From Tubulanus polymorphus (taxonomy: Eukaryota > Animalia > Nemertea), in NCBI RefSeq assembly GCF_964204645.1, contig NC_134034.1:5554914-5618913 (forward strand): a DNA stretch of 64,000 nucleotides, read 5' to 3'. Below, piece by piece: positions 36,524-49,443 of this stretch. Made by a program: the position numbers and the translations under genes. Below the pieces are notes generated by a model. That model had not been told where the DNA came from. It ran no database searches and was given only the letters and a program-made list of their open reading frames with translations. Every line of letters starts with the position of its first letter. The first letter of the stretch is position 1.

Positions 36524-39500
36524 GTACCAATACAAATGCCTCATCCTCCGACTCTGACTGTTCAGGGCTCGTCGGATGGACCGGCGGTTGGTGGGTTCTA
36601 AGGCGTCTTCGTGTTTTCATCCGCGATTTGTTTGGGGAAACCTCAGCTATGGGTCCATGACAGAGCTTCAGATTATTGAAATGCACTGTCCGAACCTTGG
36701 TGCCTAAACCCCCCTCCCACTGAACCCGGTAAGTGACCTCAGAGATTTTCTCAACAATTATGTGAGGACCCATCCAGCGCTTATGGAACTTGGCTGCCTC
36801 ATCAGTCTTGAGGGCATGGCTATACCTCCATACTCGGTCACCCACGTTGTACCCCCCACGCTGAGCAAATCTATCGTGATTTGCTGCCTGACGTCGTTGG
36901 GCTTTTCCAAGGCGGCCACGGACTCTCTAATGAGCTTCAGTCAGGTTTCTACACATGTCCTGGCTAAACTTGGTTAGGTGGAAGCTTCCTCAGGAGGGCT
37001 AACTAAAATGTCCAGTGGTAAGGTCATCTTACTGCCGAATGTCTTGAAAAATGGCGTTTCGCCAGTCGATTCCTGCACACTGGAACGAAAAGCCATCAAA
37101 CAGGACTGAAGTTTCTCGTCCCAGTCATTCCCCATGTCATTCACCGTCGTGGTCAACATTGATTTAATAGACTTGTTAAAATTCTCGACCTGGCCGTTTC
37201 CCATGGGGTGATAGGCGGTCGTTCTAGTCTCTTTTCAATCTCAAGCAGGCTCAACATCTCACTGAAGAGTCGAGATTCAAAATTGGATCCAAGGTCCGAA
37301 TGAATACTTTCGGAGCATCCGTAGCGTGTGATCCACTGGTTCACGACCTTCCTGGCAACTGTTGGTGCATTCTGGTTTCTAGCCGGCCAGGCCTCAACCC
37401 ACTTGGTGAAAGCGTCCTGCACCACAATGATATAAATATTCCCACGTTTTGTTCGTTGCAGTGGGCCAGCAATGTCGATATGCAGCCTTTGTCCTCTCCT
37501 ACCGATTGGCATTGGTACCAGTGGCGCTCTAGGTCGTTTAGGAGGGTTTTTGCATTGCTGATATTTACGACACTGCTTGACAAAGCTATTGACTGCCTTC
37601 GCCAGTCCAAAACGCCAAAACCGTTGGACTTTACGTTCTGTCTTAGTGGTCCCTAAGTGCCTACCGGATATACCAATATGGAGGTGAGATAGGACCTTAG
37701 GTAATAGCACATTTGCCAGAACTACCCGGTTTTTGGCTAATCTGGCACCAGGAAGTGGTTTCAGAACAAGCAGGCTTTCTACCACAGCCAAGCGTTCAAA
37801 TTCGCCCAAAAGAATCCTCACGTTCGAACCATACTGACACAGGGAATCAGTGTTTGACTTTTGTAAACCCTTTCGGACTAATTCCTTGACTACTATCTAA
37901 TGTCATCATCGGTATCCTGAGCATCACCGATCTCGACCGGAGTTAGGACATCCCCTATACCAATTGTTTGCAGGAATGACACTGTTGGAATTCCGGTAAC
38001 GCCGCAACTAGGGAAATCTCCATTACGCTGGACCCTCTTGGGAATCCGCGAGAGTGAATCAGCGTTTTGGTGATTGCGCCCGGGCCTGTGCTCAATATCG
38101 AAATCGTAGTCCGCCAGCCTTTCATTCCAGCGGGCGACTTGGCCTGATTGAATATTGGATGGCCGAAGCCACTTTAGGGCTGCGTGGTCAGTCCGGACAA
38201 GGAAATTACAGCCCAATAAGTAGTGGCGGAAATAGTCAACTGATTCGACTAGAGCAAGCATTTCTCGCTTCGTGGCGCAATAGTTCTCCTCCCCGCCTCT
38301 CAAAACTCGACCCCCATATGCTATTACTAGTGTGATCGCTTTGAAACTGTGAAAGAACTGAACCTATAGCCCAGTTACTAGCATCCCAATCAACTATGAA
38401 TTTCCACGATCCCTCTGAAAAGTCAGGGAAAGCCAGTACTGGAAGGCTTGTCAACGCAGATTTAATTCCTTCGAATGCTCCTTGCTGACTTATACCCCAT
38501 TCGAAAGGCTGACCCTTCTTTGTGAGCAGATGGAGGGGTTTACACATTTCCGCAAATCCCTTGATAAATCTTGAATAGTAAGTGACGAGGCCAGTGAAAC
38601 TTCGTACTTCTGATACATTAGTAGGGGCTGGCCAACCTATGACTTTGTCAATTTTTGCCCGGTCAGTTTCAATTCCGTTCCTGCTCATCACATGGCCCAA
38701 GAATTTTAACCGCTTTTGGAGGAGTGACCTTTTCTTGGCTTCAATTTCATATTTGCTGCTTTGAAACAACCGAATACCTCTGACAGCTAATAGAAATGTG
38801 TGACGCCACATCCGCAGAGTGGACTATGACATCATCGAGGTAGATCAAGGCTTTTTCCATAACACCTTGTCAAGAGCCAAAGACATGAGCCGTGTGAAAC
38901 AGGCCGGAGCATTTCTGAGACCGAATTGCATAACATTCCATTCCCACAAACGGTTCTCAGAACAAAAAGCTGTTTTTGGTTTGTCACATTGTTGGATCGG
39001 CACTTGCCAGTAGCCACTGGTCAGATCCAGAGAGGAAAACCATGACGATCCCGAAAGCGCCTCGAGGGTAGAATCTATTCGCCCCAATGGGTGACTGTCT
39101 TTAGTTGTGACGTGACGTCGTTTTATTTCCTGTAGTCACAGCACAGACGCAAACTGCCATCACTTTTCTTGGCTAGGACGATTGGGCTAGCCCAAGGCGA
39201 CTGGGATGGCCTTATAAGACCTTGGTCACACAGTTCTGCAGTGTACCCCTCAACAAATTGCTTGTAACGGGGCGGCAGACGTCGTTGATGCTGCCTAATC
39301 GGCTTCTGCTCCCCGGTATCGATCTCAAACTTTATGAGGGGTGTCCTCCCAATATCAAATTCCCCCCTGCCCCCGAGAAAATACACCCTGATGCTGCGCT
39401 AGGACCCTCTTAAAATCCTTCCGATCACCCTCCGAAATCTCGAGACTATCGACATTTAGTTCGTCGTAAAGACCCTTTAAATCATGGGGATCCTGCTGGG

Positions 39501-39670
39501 GCTGAGGCAGTTCCGTCTCTGATAAACCGGAAGTGTCTTGCACAGTGAGTACATCGACTGATTCGATAGGCGAGAAAATACCCACAAACTCTCCTCGCTC
39601 GGAATTCGCCTCTGCGCGGCTCGCTAGTCGAGTGTGTCACAGTCTTGTCATTACATTTCTTGTCAGTCAC
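36524..39670 (-). pseudogene. Gypsy pol (RT, RNase H, integrase) with multiple frameshifts
   Basis: SPWASPIVLAKKSDGSLRLCCDYRK; FSSLDLTSGYWQV; YLDD (~38829-38843); DASNWAIGSVL; NYCATKREMLA..TDHAAL; integrase DIAGPL..D..SDLGSNF..GNGQVENFN; GPY/F module WMGPHIIVEK. The integrase tail continues at 33937-34124 beyond the insertion. Confidence 0.92.
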
Positions 39671-39793
39671 CCCCTTTGGAAAATCCTAGATCCGCCCTGC
39701 CCCTGGAGAATCTGTTTAAAGCTAAAATTTCGTGAAAGTGGCTATTTAGCTTAAGAAATCGCCATCTTGATTCTAGTCGAGGCATACGTATTT

Positions 39794-40940
39794 CGGTGTT
39801 GTCATATCGCGGAAAGACGGAATCGCGGAATTTTCCAAAAACGCGGAATTTCTTCATTTTTACTATAAATAGTAAACGGGTTTTCCCACGGGGATACCCA
39901 CTGTCAGACAGGGCACCGGACCCAGCTTTTCAACACTGGGAATTAGTATTTGATAATTTATTATATCGCTAGTCAACAACTTAACGATACTGTTCCAAAT
40001 AATGGAGAACCTAGGCAATACGTGCTTTGCGAATTCAGTGATACAGAGTATCGCTGCATTAACTGAATGAATACAAATCGATGGTACGTAAACGTAGGAT
40101 TTGTGACACCATGGGTCATTCTCAAGGACTCACTTCCGAGGTAAGATTTGACTCTGGTCTCTGGATTTAAAACATTGGAAATGAATTGATTCTAAGTGAC
40201 TCAGAGTTAACTCACAACTGTGGAACTGGATCGATGTCAGACGAAAATAAATAGACATTATGTGTATTTCATTCTGGTTTAGGATTGTTCATGCGTGTTG
40301 TGTGTCTACATTGTTGTAATAAGCGAAGAATGTGGTTTATCTTTTAGAATTAAATGATATGAAAGATTATAAAATGGTTTCGTTTTTTTAATGTTTACTT
40401 TGTGACTGCTATAACATATATGTTCCTATGCTGATTATTTGGATCAAAAGAATCTTATTCGTACCGGTACTGGACGACCGTAAAATTATAATGATTTCAA
40501 AGGAATTGGAACCGGTACTTGTTTGGTCGTAGGATTTCGTGTTTGCAACCATCTACAACTACAGTCCGACACCGCGAACGTGCTCAATATTTATCTGATA
40601 ATATTCGTTTCTGAAGTTCTCAAAAAGTCGATGAACTTCGATAGTCGAAGTTTGCCTAGTAGAAATAGACATTAGGTGCCTGGTCTCTTTCACCTCACTT
40701 GATTCTGACTTCTTCTACAGGTGGCAGCCAGTCAACGGTATCGTAATATAATGATTCCATATAAAATTGCCTGCAAATAATGGGATTCGAACCTTAGTCG
40801 TTGCATCGATCGGTCCGGTGCCCTGTCCGACAGTTGGTATCCCCGTGGGAAAACCCGTTTACTATTTAAAGTAAAAATGAAGAAATTCCGCGTTTTTGGA
40901 AAATTCCGCGATTCCGTCTTTCCGCGATATGACAACACCG
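39794..40940. mobile_element. Non-autonomous MULE-like element, ~130-bp TIRs, 9-bp TSD
   Basis: CGGTGTTGTCATATCGCGGAAAG... (39794-39922) is the near-perfect reverse complement of 40812-40940; TSD TACGTATTT at 39785-39793 and 40941-40949. Confidence 0.88.
40002..40070 (+). pseudogene. Ubiquitin-specific protease (peptidase C19) Cys-box fragment inside the MULE-like element
   Basis: Translates to MENLGNTCFANSVIQSIAALTE*, matching the USP Cys-box pattern N-L-G-N-T-C-[FY]-x-N-S-x-[LI]-Q. Confidence 0.65.
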
Positions 40941-41257
40941 TACGTATTTTACTCCACGTGTGTCCTGCCGAGTGGATGCATAAACATATGACAATTATAA
41001 CAGGATAAATCATCAAAGTGTCCAGAGAACTTTCCACAAAGTCCGAGACCGAATCAAGACGAACGGACATGGTTGACATTCTCTGTGTTAAATGGGGCCC
41101 GGACTAAAAAATAAGACAGACATTTCAAGAATTTATATCAAAATGATTATATTATCAATATCATTATTATCATCATTTTTATTTGATCGTCATACATAAT
41201 TCACAATTACATAATATATGGAATAGGCTGCAATGGCCCTTAATTCCAGAGAGAAAA

Positions 41258-42298
41258 AAGAAAATTAATCTTAATAAATTAGTTGACGCCTGGGAAAAAA
41301 GTGTAGACGTATAGATGGATGAGCTAATGTAGGATTGCAAATTTGAAATCGAAGTTTAAAGAAATTTGGGGAATTGAGTTGGCGATTGGGTAGGTGATAC
41401 AGCCTTTCGACTGTATAGTGGTTTAATTTTTTTATTACAAATTGTCAATTTTACTTTTGCCCCTAAGCTGGTCTGCAACTTCATTGCATTCATGGCTGAG
41501 GAAAAAGCTCTTCTGATGTCTGCTTCATCATGACTTTGGAGCATATCGTGTGGCCTAGTCCAGTCGGTTTGGCTGCCACTCGAGAATCCTCGGATTGACA
41601 TTCTGGATTGAAGTGGACGTCATTTGAAATAACTTGTTTATGTTATTCTGTATGAATGACGCATGTGTTTTGTATTTTGTGTTTTGTATATTGTATTTTC
41701 TTTTTTTTAAATTTGTAACTTAAATGAATTTGGGAATCGGATCAATAAAGAATTGAATTGTCCCCTGATACACATGCCATCAGAGGACGCGGAGCCGTAA
41801 TACGACAGCTATGCTGTTATAAATTGCTAATCGGGACGATCGTTCTCATGAAACCTACATACCCCTAATATCGCACATATTTTCTAAAATATTTGAATAT
41901 TGTTTACACATTTTTATATTGACCGCTTGTAGCCGCCGATAAAATGCACGCCGGCCCTACACAGATCATAGATAGCTTCGTCATTCCACCAGCATCCCCA
42001 TGTCAGGGTCTTACTTTTATATCAGACTTCCGCATCGTGTTTACATCCGCAATTTTGACCGAAATATCCGATTTACTATTCAATGCAATATAATATTTCG
42101 ACGTTCAAATATGGCTCATATAATCACAGGAAGACATTATACATCTTTGTCAATGATATTTGCCAAATAGCTTGAATGTGTACACATAGACCTGTGACGT
42201 TTTGCACATCGATTTACGGTTGTGATTTGTAAAATGACGCTGAATGGTTAACATTGTTTAGGTTTCATAATGGCAACGTTTTATAAAGCGTCAAAAAA
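41258..42298. repeat. ~1-kb segment, inverted diverged copy of 62568-63745
   Basis: Colinear reverse-complement matches throughout, e.g. GATTGCAAATTTGAAATCGAAGTTT, CTTCTGATGTCTGCTTCATCATGACTT, GACCTGTGACGTTTTGCACATCGATTTACGG. Confidence 0.85.
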
Positions 42299-43051
42299 CA
42301 AACCCGAAATTTCCAGATTACTATATGGCTGACACAACCCGTCAGCTCCTATACAATATACTGTAGTCATCTATTGTAGTTTGTAGTAGTGTGAGGCGCT
42401 TAAAACTCAAAAAACTAAATTTGCTAATTTTGAAAATTTCAAACTTATCGTTAGTATTGCGGAGTTGTATATTCAAAAACTGATGGATGGCGTATGTAGT
42501 AAGGCTTGATATACAGCTTTCGAATATCGTCAAAACGGGGACATTTAATTGCTAAATGGTACTCATCTTCCAAGTCGTTGTGACCACAAAACTACATTTT
42601 CTGTTATCTCTCTCAAGTGGTGATCAAATTTATATTATCTGCTCCACCAGGAGAGTGACATTATTCTACCTTGGATAACACGGATACGGGTAATGGTTCA
42701 AATGAAAGAGAAATTCTTTACGACGTTCATGTTCCAAAAAATACATGCATATACGATTTGAATATCGGCAACTTGTCTTGCCAATTTCGCCACAAACATT
42801 TAAAGAGAATCTTGATAATTTTCTTTACTCCCAGGGCAAATTATTGTCGCACTTTGTCGTCTATTCTTGGATGCTGTACGCTCTCTGAAAAGAAAGGGGA
42901 ATACAATTACATACGTTTCATATGCAACATGTCGGGTTTAAGAAACAACCATGATATTCATTTCAACGTTATTATTCATCTTATAATTCACACGTGTATC
43001 ATCTTCGATAATATACATTAGCCAGAAACAAAGAATGTAGACAGTATCGCA

Positions 43052-46000
43052 TCAAATGTGAACGCTTACATATAATTGTGACCTGCTTAATTGTTCGATT
43101 TCATCTGTAATTGCATTCGTCAATCGAATGGCCTTTTCTGCTTCGTCTCCTCCGATTTTTTCCAGTGCATTTTCTGCCGCGCGGCGAACATTGGAAATTG
43201 GATCGTTACTCCTGAAATATGAATTATTGGAAATCATATCCATGGATGTCTGTGTAATTTAAATGCGAATATAGAATCCACTTTTGGCAGAGCCAACATG
43301 TGATATCTAATTAGCTCAGTTTCAGTAAAGATGAAATGGATACATAATTCCAGTGGCAATTTTTTTTCTCAAAACTAAGCCCGTTAAACTACAAAACCCT
43401 TATACCTGGCTATCGTACATTGCCAAAAACAAATTTTCACATATCAAAACAGGTATCGTAGAAATACTGTCATATTTGTCGCGCAAAGCGCTTCGTAGAC
43501 AAGGGCAGATGATAAAATATGAAACTCGTTACGCTGACTCGGTGTCTTATCTATACCGTATATATTACCATATGTTAATTAATTGTTGCGCAGCCAAAGT
43601 TGTTTTCAAGTGACCGAGTACAAGACAGCATGCCTCTCGTACTATTCGATCATGACTGGTGAGTCCCTTAATGAAATCATCCGCGGCTTCCGTTGATGAG
43701 CTGATTTCCCCAGACCCTTCACCGGCTAAAGTGTTGATAGCTCTAGAGAGTAACGTCGTTTCCATCACCGCATTCTTGGCGGAATCTCCACCTATTCGAT
43801 CTAAAGCTCTACCAGCTGATCGTCGAACACTTGATATAAAGTCGTTTTTCCTAACGAGAGACATTTATGTAAGATATTAATAAAGGGGATTTCAAGGGAT
43901 AAGCTGAAAGGGCCAGGCAAAAACATGGGGTACCATGAAGTTATAACAAAATGATAACGTCATTTTGTGAATTTAAAAACGATGCCAGTTCTTGATTACT
44001 AAACGCAGATTTTAGGGGCCTTTCAATACGTCATGATGAACGCATAGGACAGGACTACCTGCAGCCTCGATATTTGTGTCGCACAAGGAACTTTTCTGGA
44101 AACGCAATTTTCCGTTAACATAGAAATGGCGAAATCGGGAGACTCGAACCAACAAAAGTAAGTACAATATGCAAATCAGGGCACCGCAATATAGAGTACC
44201 CCGGATGTATGATACGAATGCAATGATATGGAAAGTTCCCTCAATAATATAGTAATTACCATACACTTGCTAAACGTGAAATGGCCTGGTCGTAGTTTAG
44301 GTAACCCAAGACTGTACATGCTGCCTGGCGACACAGTCGGTCTTTATCTTCTGTAGCATGCACGAGTGATTCAAGCGTATTAGCGTCAATGTTTCCAACC
44401 AAACCGATGCCGATAGCAGCTGCTGCCCGGGTATTAGCGTCACTACCGGAAAGCAGGTGCCGCAAACCACCTATATTTCCAACATTTTCTAGATAAAAAA
44501 ATTGTGAAGCGTTTAAGTATCTCAAAAATGTTTCTGTGGTAACTTAGGCCACTTAAATATTTATTGAAGAATAGCGAATGAGTTTAAGACATCTCGATTC
44601 ATCCGCTCTTTTTATTTCTAAATTTACGCATCATCCAACGCACGTGTAATGATAATCTACAGATCGATTTATATCATCCTATCATGATATAAGAAGGTAC
44701 GGAAGTTTCCTGGGGACATCGAAAAGTTCAATTTTATAATAGAAAATTTTCAAATATGTTCCTTTCCGATTTTCCACTTTATTTTCCCCAATATTTTCTC
44801 TTTTCCAAATTTGCTTTTTTCGGTTTCGGAATGTTTCTTTTTGCACCACGAAAGATTTGCTTGCCTACACCATTCCTCTTGCATTCCACCACAACATAAC
44901 ACGTATGATTACATTTACTTGATCTTCAATTAATCCCATTTCAATTTGCAGTAATGATATTTTGACATTGGCAGGTAGAGCTTTTTATCGGAAGATCTAC
45001 CTGCCAATGTCAAAAGAGCTAGGCTGTACGTACGGGTACTGGCGCTTACAACAGGCGCAGCATTAATGGTGTGTTTATGCGCGAGTAGATGTAATGATTT
45101 GTTTTAACCGCTAAATCGGCGTTCATTACGCATGCTTTTCAAAAAATGATATCATTTATTATTTATTTAAATATTTTTATCATAATAATTATAATATTCT
45201 TAAGACAAGCGAATTACGTCTGTGGACCTATTTCATTGCGGCGTATCACGCAATCTGAAAAAAAAAAATCTTCCGATCCTGTCACGTGACTTCATGACTG
45301 CAACTTGACGATAGCTTAGATTCTCATTCTTCGAACCAAAAATAGGTTTGTTTTCCTTCGATAATAGAATTTTCTATTCAATGATTGAATTGTTGTCTGT
45401 GTCCCCAGGACGCTACCGTAATAATGGAAGGGACTTGGTAAAAAACAATATTCCGGTTCCTACACAAGAACCTACCTTTCCCGACAAATCTTTCAAGCAC
45501 TTCAAAATCTAGTTCATCGACGGCAGTTTCGATCATGTCCGTTATTTCTATGGCTTTCTTTGCATCCTCATTTCCGATAAGCTTCAATGATAACTGTGCA
45601 CCTTGGCGAACGTTAGATATGACGTCATTTCGCCTGTGAAAACAAGATCACGGTGAAAAATGATTTGGCACAAATTAGTATGTATACGTATAAGCTCTAA
45701 AAAACTTTTTGTAACAAAATTGTCCCGACACACAACGATCATTACTCTCCCACTCATGGATGAAATACATATGTAAAGAATATCCAGTTAAAACAATGTC
45801 CAAAAGATTTTGTGATGGCATGGCAGCAGTAAGTACTATAATGGCAATAAGAATTAAATGACGATAATTCATAATAATAGTCATAATGTAAGTCCCGTAA
45901 AGAATACCCTCGTTTTTCATCAGCCCTTCAATTGACGAGGGAGGCAGGTCTTTTTTTACCTTACTTAAAAAGAGAGAAATTAAAAGCCTCATTCCAAATT

Positions 46001-46881
46001 CCAAAAGTGACGATTGCGACCATTTATGGTTTGAATGGGGAAATTTAAGCGTCAATGACGTTGGATCAGGGTGAGAAGCACTGACTGCGACAGACCTCTG
46101 GTCTAGCCAAGCCTGCGATGGTAGAGACTAACGGTCAACCCTCTAAAAAGAATATTCTTTAAAATCTATTTCTTGAACGGAATACATCTATAAATGATAA
46201 GAAATGTTACTAATTTTGATTTTTTTAGTACCGCCACTGCTGAGAAATAAGTCGGCTACTTTTCCAGGTGCACGTACACAGCAGGTGAAATCGCTGTTCG
46301 CTGTCGTCAACTTAGTCAAACATACACTCCAACGTGCGTTGTACTACTAAAGAGTAATAAGCTTTTAGTTGGGATTCATAAATAGTTAATCATATACGTC
46401 AAACCATGGATGTGGTGACATTTAAGCTGAGATTAAGAACAATGAACTTGGTAGATATTTTTTAACTTCTTATTATGGGATTACGTATTCATGTTCATTC
46501 TGCTTGTGTACGTTATTACTTACCACAATTCTAAAAGTTCCGGTACAGCATCTTCTACTTTCAAATGTCCTAGTGCCAGGGCCGCGGATTCACGGACCAG
46601 ACGATCGCTATCGTGCAAAGCATCGACGAGGACCTCCACGATTGCTTCATTCTTTGGCCGTGCTGCAAGACGCAACGCTGCACGTGCGCGGATATTCGAG
46701 TCAGTGCTTCGCATCTCGATAATACCGAACTCTTCCGAATCTCGACGTGATAAAGAATGGCGTTTCCGAACTAGTACTTCCTCGATACGGTCGCTACATG
46801 GGTGACTTCCTGTAACAGGATCCTTCATAATCGATATAGAAGGATCATTCATATTAGTAAGAAGGGAGTTCTCTACTTGAT
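43052..46881 (-). CDS. HEAT/PBS-lyase-like repeat protein, 3' five exons (5' end not resolved)
   Basis: Phase-consistent exons (minus strand): 46881-46524, 45633-45476, 44488-44260, 43850-43569, 43211-43052. Repeats such as LVDALHDSDRLVRESAALALGHL, EDKDRLCRQAACTVLGYL, SHDRIVREACCLVLGHL. A phase-compatible upstream exon candidate lies at 58110-58061. Confidence 0.85.
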
Positions 46882-47170
46882 CTTGAAAAAAAGAAATGAT
46901 GATAACGTTAAGTATTTGTCAGTGTCAAATTTGACCTGCAGTTTTTTACGCCGTTAAAACTCACTGTTACAACAATGTTTTTATACATTACTAATATGAC
47001 TACCGTACTCTATATGTTTTAATGGCAATGGGGAGCTACGAATATCGATCGGTCACTACGCGGCGCTGAACGCAACTCGGGCTTAAAGATTTAATTGAAT
47101 TGTATTGAATCGGTATTTACGCTGAATTGGAGGTTTTTTCGTTGTAACAAAAGCTCTGTTTTAGTAGAAG

Positions 47171-48848
47171 ATGCCAACTGAGTGTTGTGTACCTATGTGT
47201 AAAAATAGAGGAGGTCATGCTTTCCCGAGATCAGATGAAAAGCGGTTCAAAGCCTGGAAAACCGCTGTGCGACGAGGTGAAAGTTCATGGAATCCTACAA
47301 AGCACTCTGTTGTATGTCCGATGCATTTCGATGATAACGACTATATGGGAATCACAACGTACGGTAAGTCATTTTTTATACATTTTGTTATTTCACTAAC
47401 TATTCAGTTCAGAGCCAAGATGAGGTATTTTGTTGAGAGAAACCAGATTCTGTTCAATGTTATTGTATATTGTATATCTGATTTTAATACTCCTACACTC
47501 TGTAGGCTGCAGATCTTGTTGACTTGTAGTAGTAATACCATATCCTACTGTCTGTTGTTTGATTAAATCAGCTAATTTTGTGATTTTATTTTGAGGGACT
47601 GAAAGACTGCAACGACGAGAAAACTGCTGTCCCACACATTTTTCCATGGACCAAAGAGCCAACACCAAGTATAGTCGATAGGAGGCTGCGGGCCAAAAGG
47701 ATACAAGAGATCGAAAATGTTGCAGAAATAGAAAGTCAGAAACATCAGAAACTGTGTGATAATGCCAACACATCATGTGGCATAGATATGTATGAGGAGA
47801 CCATCGTGGATGAAGATCATAGCTCAGTCCCAGGTACAGGAATAGTTTTGATTTCATTTGTCTTTAGGACGCTCGGTGCTAGTAAAATATATGAATTTCT
47901 TGATTCACAATAGTGATCACATTTGGTTTTTTTTTCAGACTGTCAGTCGGAAAGAGGTGAAATAAAATCAGTTAAAGATGTAGGAACACAATGTAGTAGA
48001 TCGACAGCCAGATTTTCAGTTGAATTCTTCATCAATGATCCAGAGGGAATGCATTATTATACAGGACTAGTGATGTGAAATTCATGCTAGTATTCCTGTC
48101 ACTCGGACCAGAAGCTAATAACCTAGACTATTAGCATGGATTTACACCCCCGTTACCAGTCCTAATTTCGGACTGTCGAGAACATTTGACATATCACTTC
48201 ATCACGTATCGAATATATTTGTCACCCGGATAAATTTTATGTCATGCCAATGGAGTGAGTTTAATTGGTGGCCAGATGAGGATCTTGTTTATTTCTTCTG
48301 TCCCAAAGATTTCAAAGCAAAATATCCAACAACTAGAGTCATCCTTGACGGCACAGAATACCCGATTAAAAAGCCAAAAAATCCTCTCCTCCAGCAGGCA
48401 ACTTTTTCATCATATAAAAACAGAAATACGGCTAAGGTAGTGGTCGGCTCAACACCAAGTGGCTTGATATCATATATTTCTGATGCGTATGGCGGTGCAG
48501 CAAGTGATCGACAAATCATAGAAATAAGTGCAATGCAAGATATGTGCACTTCAGGAGACAGCGTAATGGTTGATAAAGGCTTTAACGTGCAGGACTTATT
48601 TGTAGCGTCAAATGTATCGATAAATATGCCAAAGTTCTTTAAAAACAAAAACCGCTTGAAAAACAATACTGTTTTGTGACAGGAAAATTGCAAGAGTGCA
48701 CATCGAACGACTTATAGGACTAGCCAAAACATACAAAATCCTCACACATCCATTGAATAATCATGAAATACCCCTGGCGACAGAAATTATGAAAGTCTGT
48801 TGCTACCTGTGTAACTTTAGAGAATGTATCGTTTCAAAAAATGCTTAA
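47171..48848 (+). pseudogene. THAP + HTH + DDE_Tnp_4 transposase (spliced, disrupted)
   Basis: THAP: CCVPMC..FP..W..VCPMHF (exon to 47363), AVPHIF in the next exon; MHYYTGL; catalytic ILDGTEYPI, VMVDKGF, RVHIERLIG. Stops and frameshifts present. Confidence 0.88.
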
Positions 48849-48899
48849 ATTTTGAAATAAGATTTATTTCTTAATGTTGACATCTTAGAAAGAATAATC

Positions 48900-49443
48900 A
48901 TAATAGTTTCTGTACAAGAAGTTATTTAAAACTGTATCTTTGTGGAATTCTGAATGAAATTTCATTAAATTTTCTACCATTGCTTTAATGAAATCGAAGT
49001 CAAATCAATATGAATTATTTTAATGTCTTTCAGTGTAAATACCACAAAATCACACTCTGTACGACCTGAACAATATAACTGTCCTTGTATTTGATAAAAA
49101 TAGTCATGGTTTCTTTTAAGTTGCTGGTTTCTGTTAACGTCCAACTCCAAGTGCTGAACAGTTTGTGGGTTGATTTCTTTATCTTTCGCAGAAAAAGGGC
49201 ATTTGACTTCCAAAATTAAAGTATCATTAACAACGCGATCAGGGGAAGCCGCTAAAACAGGGTGATCTTTGCTGACAAATAATCCACACTCATTCGTTAT
49301 AGATCCTGTTCTACTATGATACTTTTCCACAGCAACCTTCTCATATTTTTGGCCATGGAGTACGCATTAGTTTTTAACGTAATGTCCGTTACTAATTCTT
49401 GCCCCAACTTATTGCGCAATTTATTTCTTCTTTCTGTGGCTTT
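48900..49443 (-). pseudogene. YqaJ-like (lambda exonuclease family) gene, 3' part
   Basis: HGQKYE..ECGLFV..HPVLAASPDRVV..ILEVKCPF..YFYQIQGQLYCSGRTECDFVVFT: PD-(D/E)xK YqaJ motifs. Confidence 0.88.

Larger units (their letters stand above)
31803..39700 (-). mobile_element. Ty3/Gypsy LTR retrotransposon, 5'-truncated and frameshifted
   Basis: pol fragments in RT-RNaseH-IN order on the minus strand, polypurine tract at ~32034-32050 and a 3' LTR at 31803-32030. gag, PBS and 5' LTR not seen. Confidence 0.9.

Noticed and set aside
39794-39922. 5' LTR of the Gypsy element
   Set aside because: No similarity to the 31803-32030 LTR; it is the TIR of a separate element with a 9-bp TSD.
48974-49330. 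Phage or bacterial contamination/HGT suggested by YqaJ recombinase
   Set aside because: The gene has spliceosomal introns and sits in an ISL2EU-type transposon, where YqaJ is the expected second gene.
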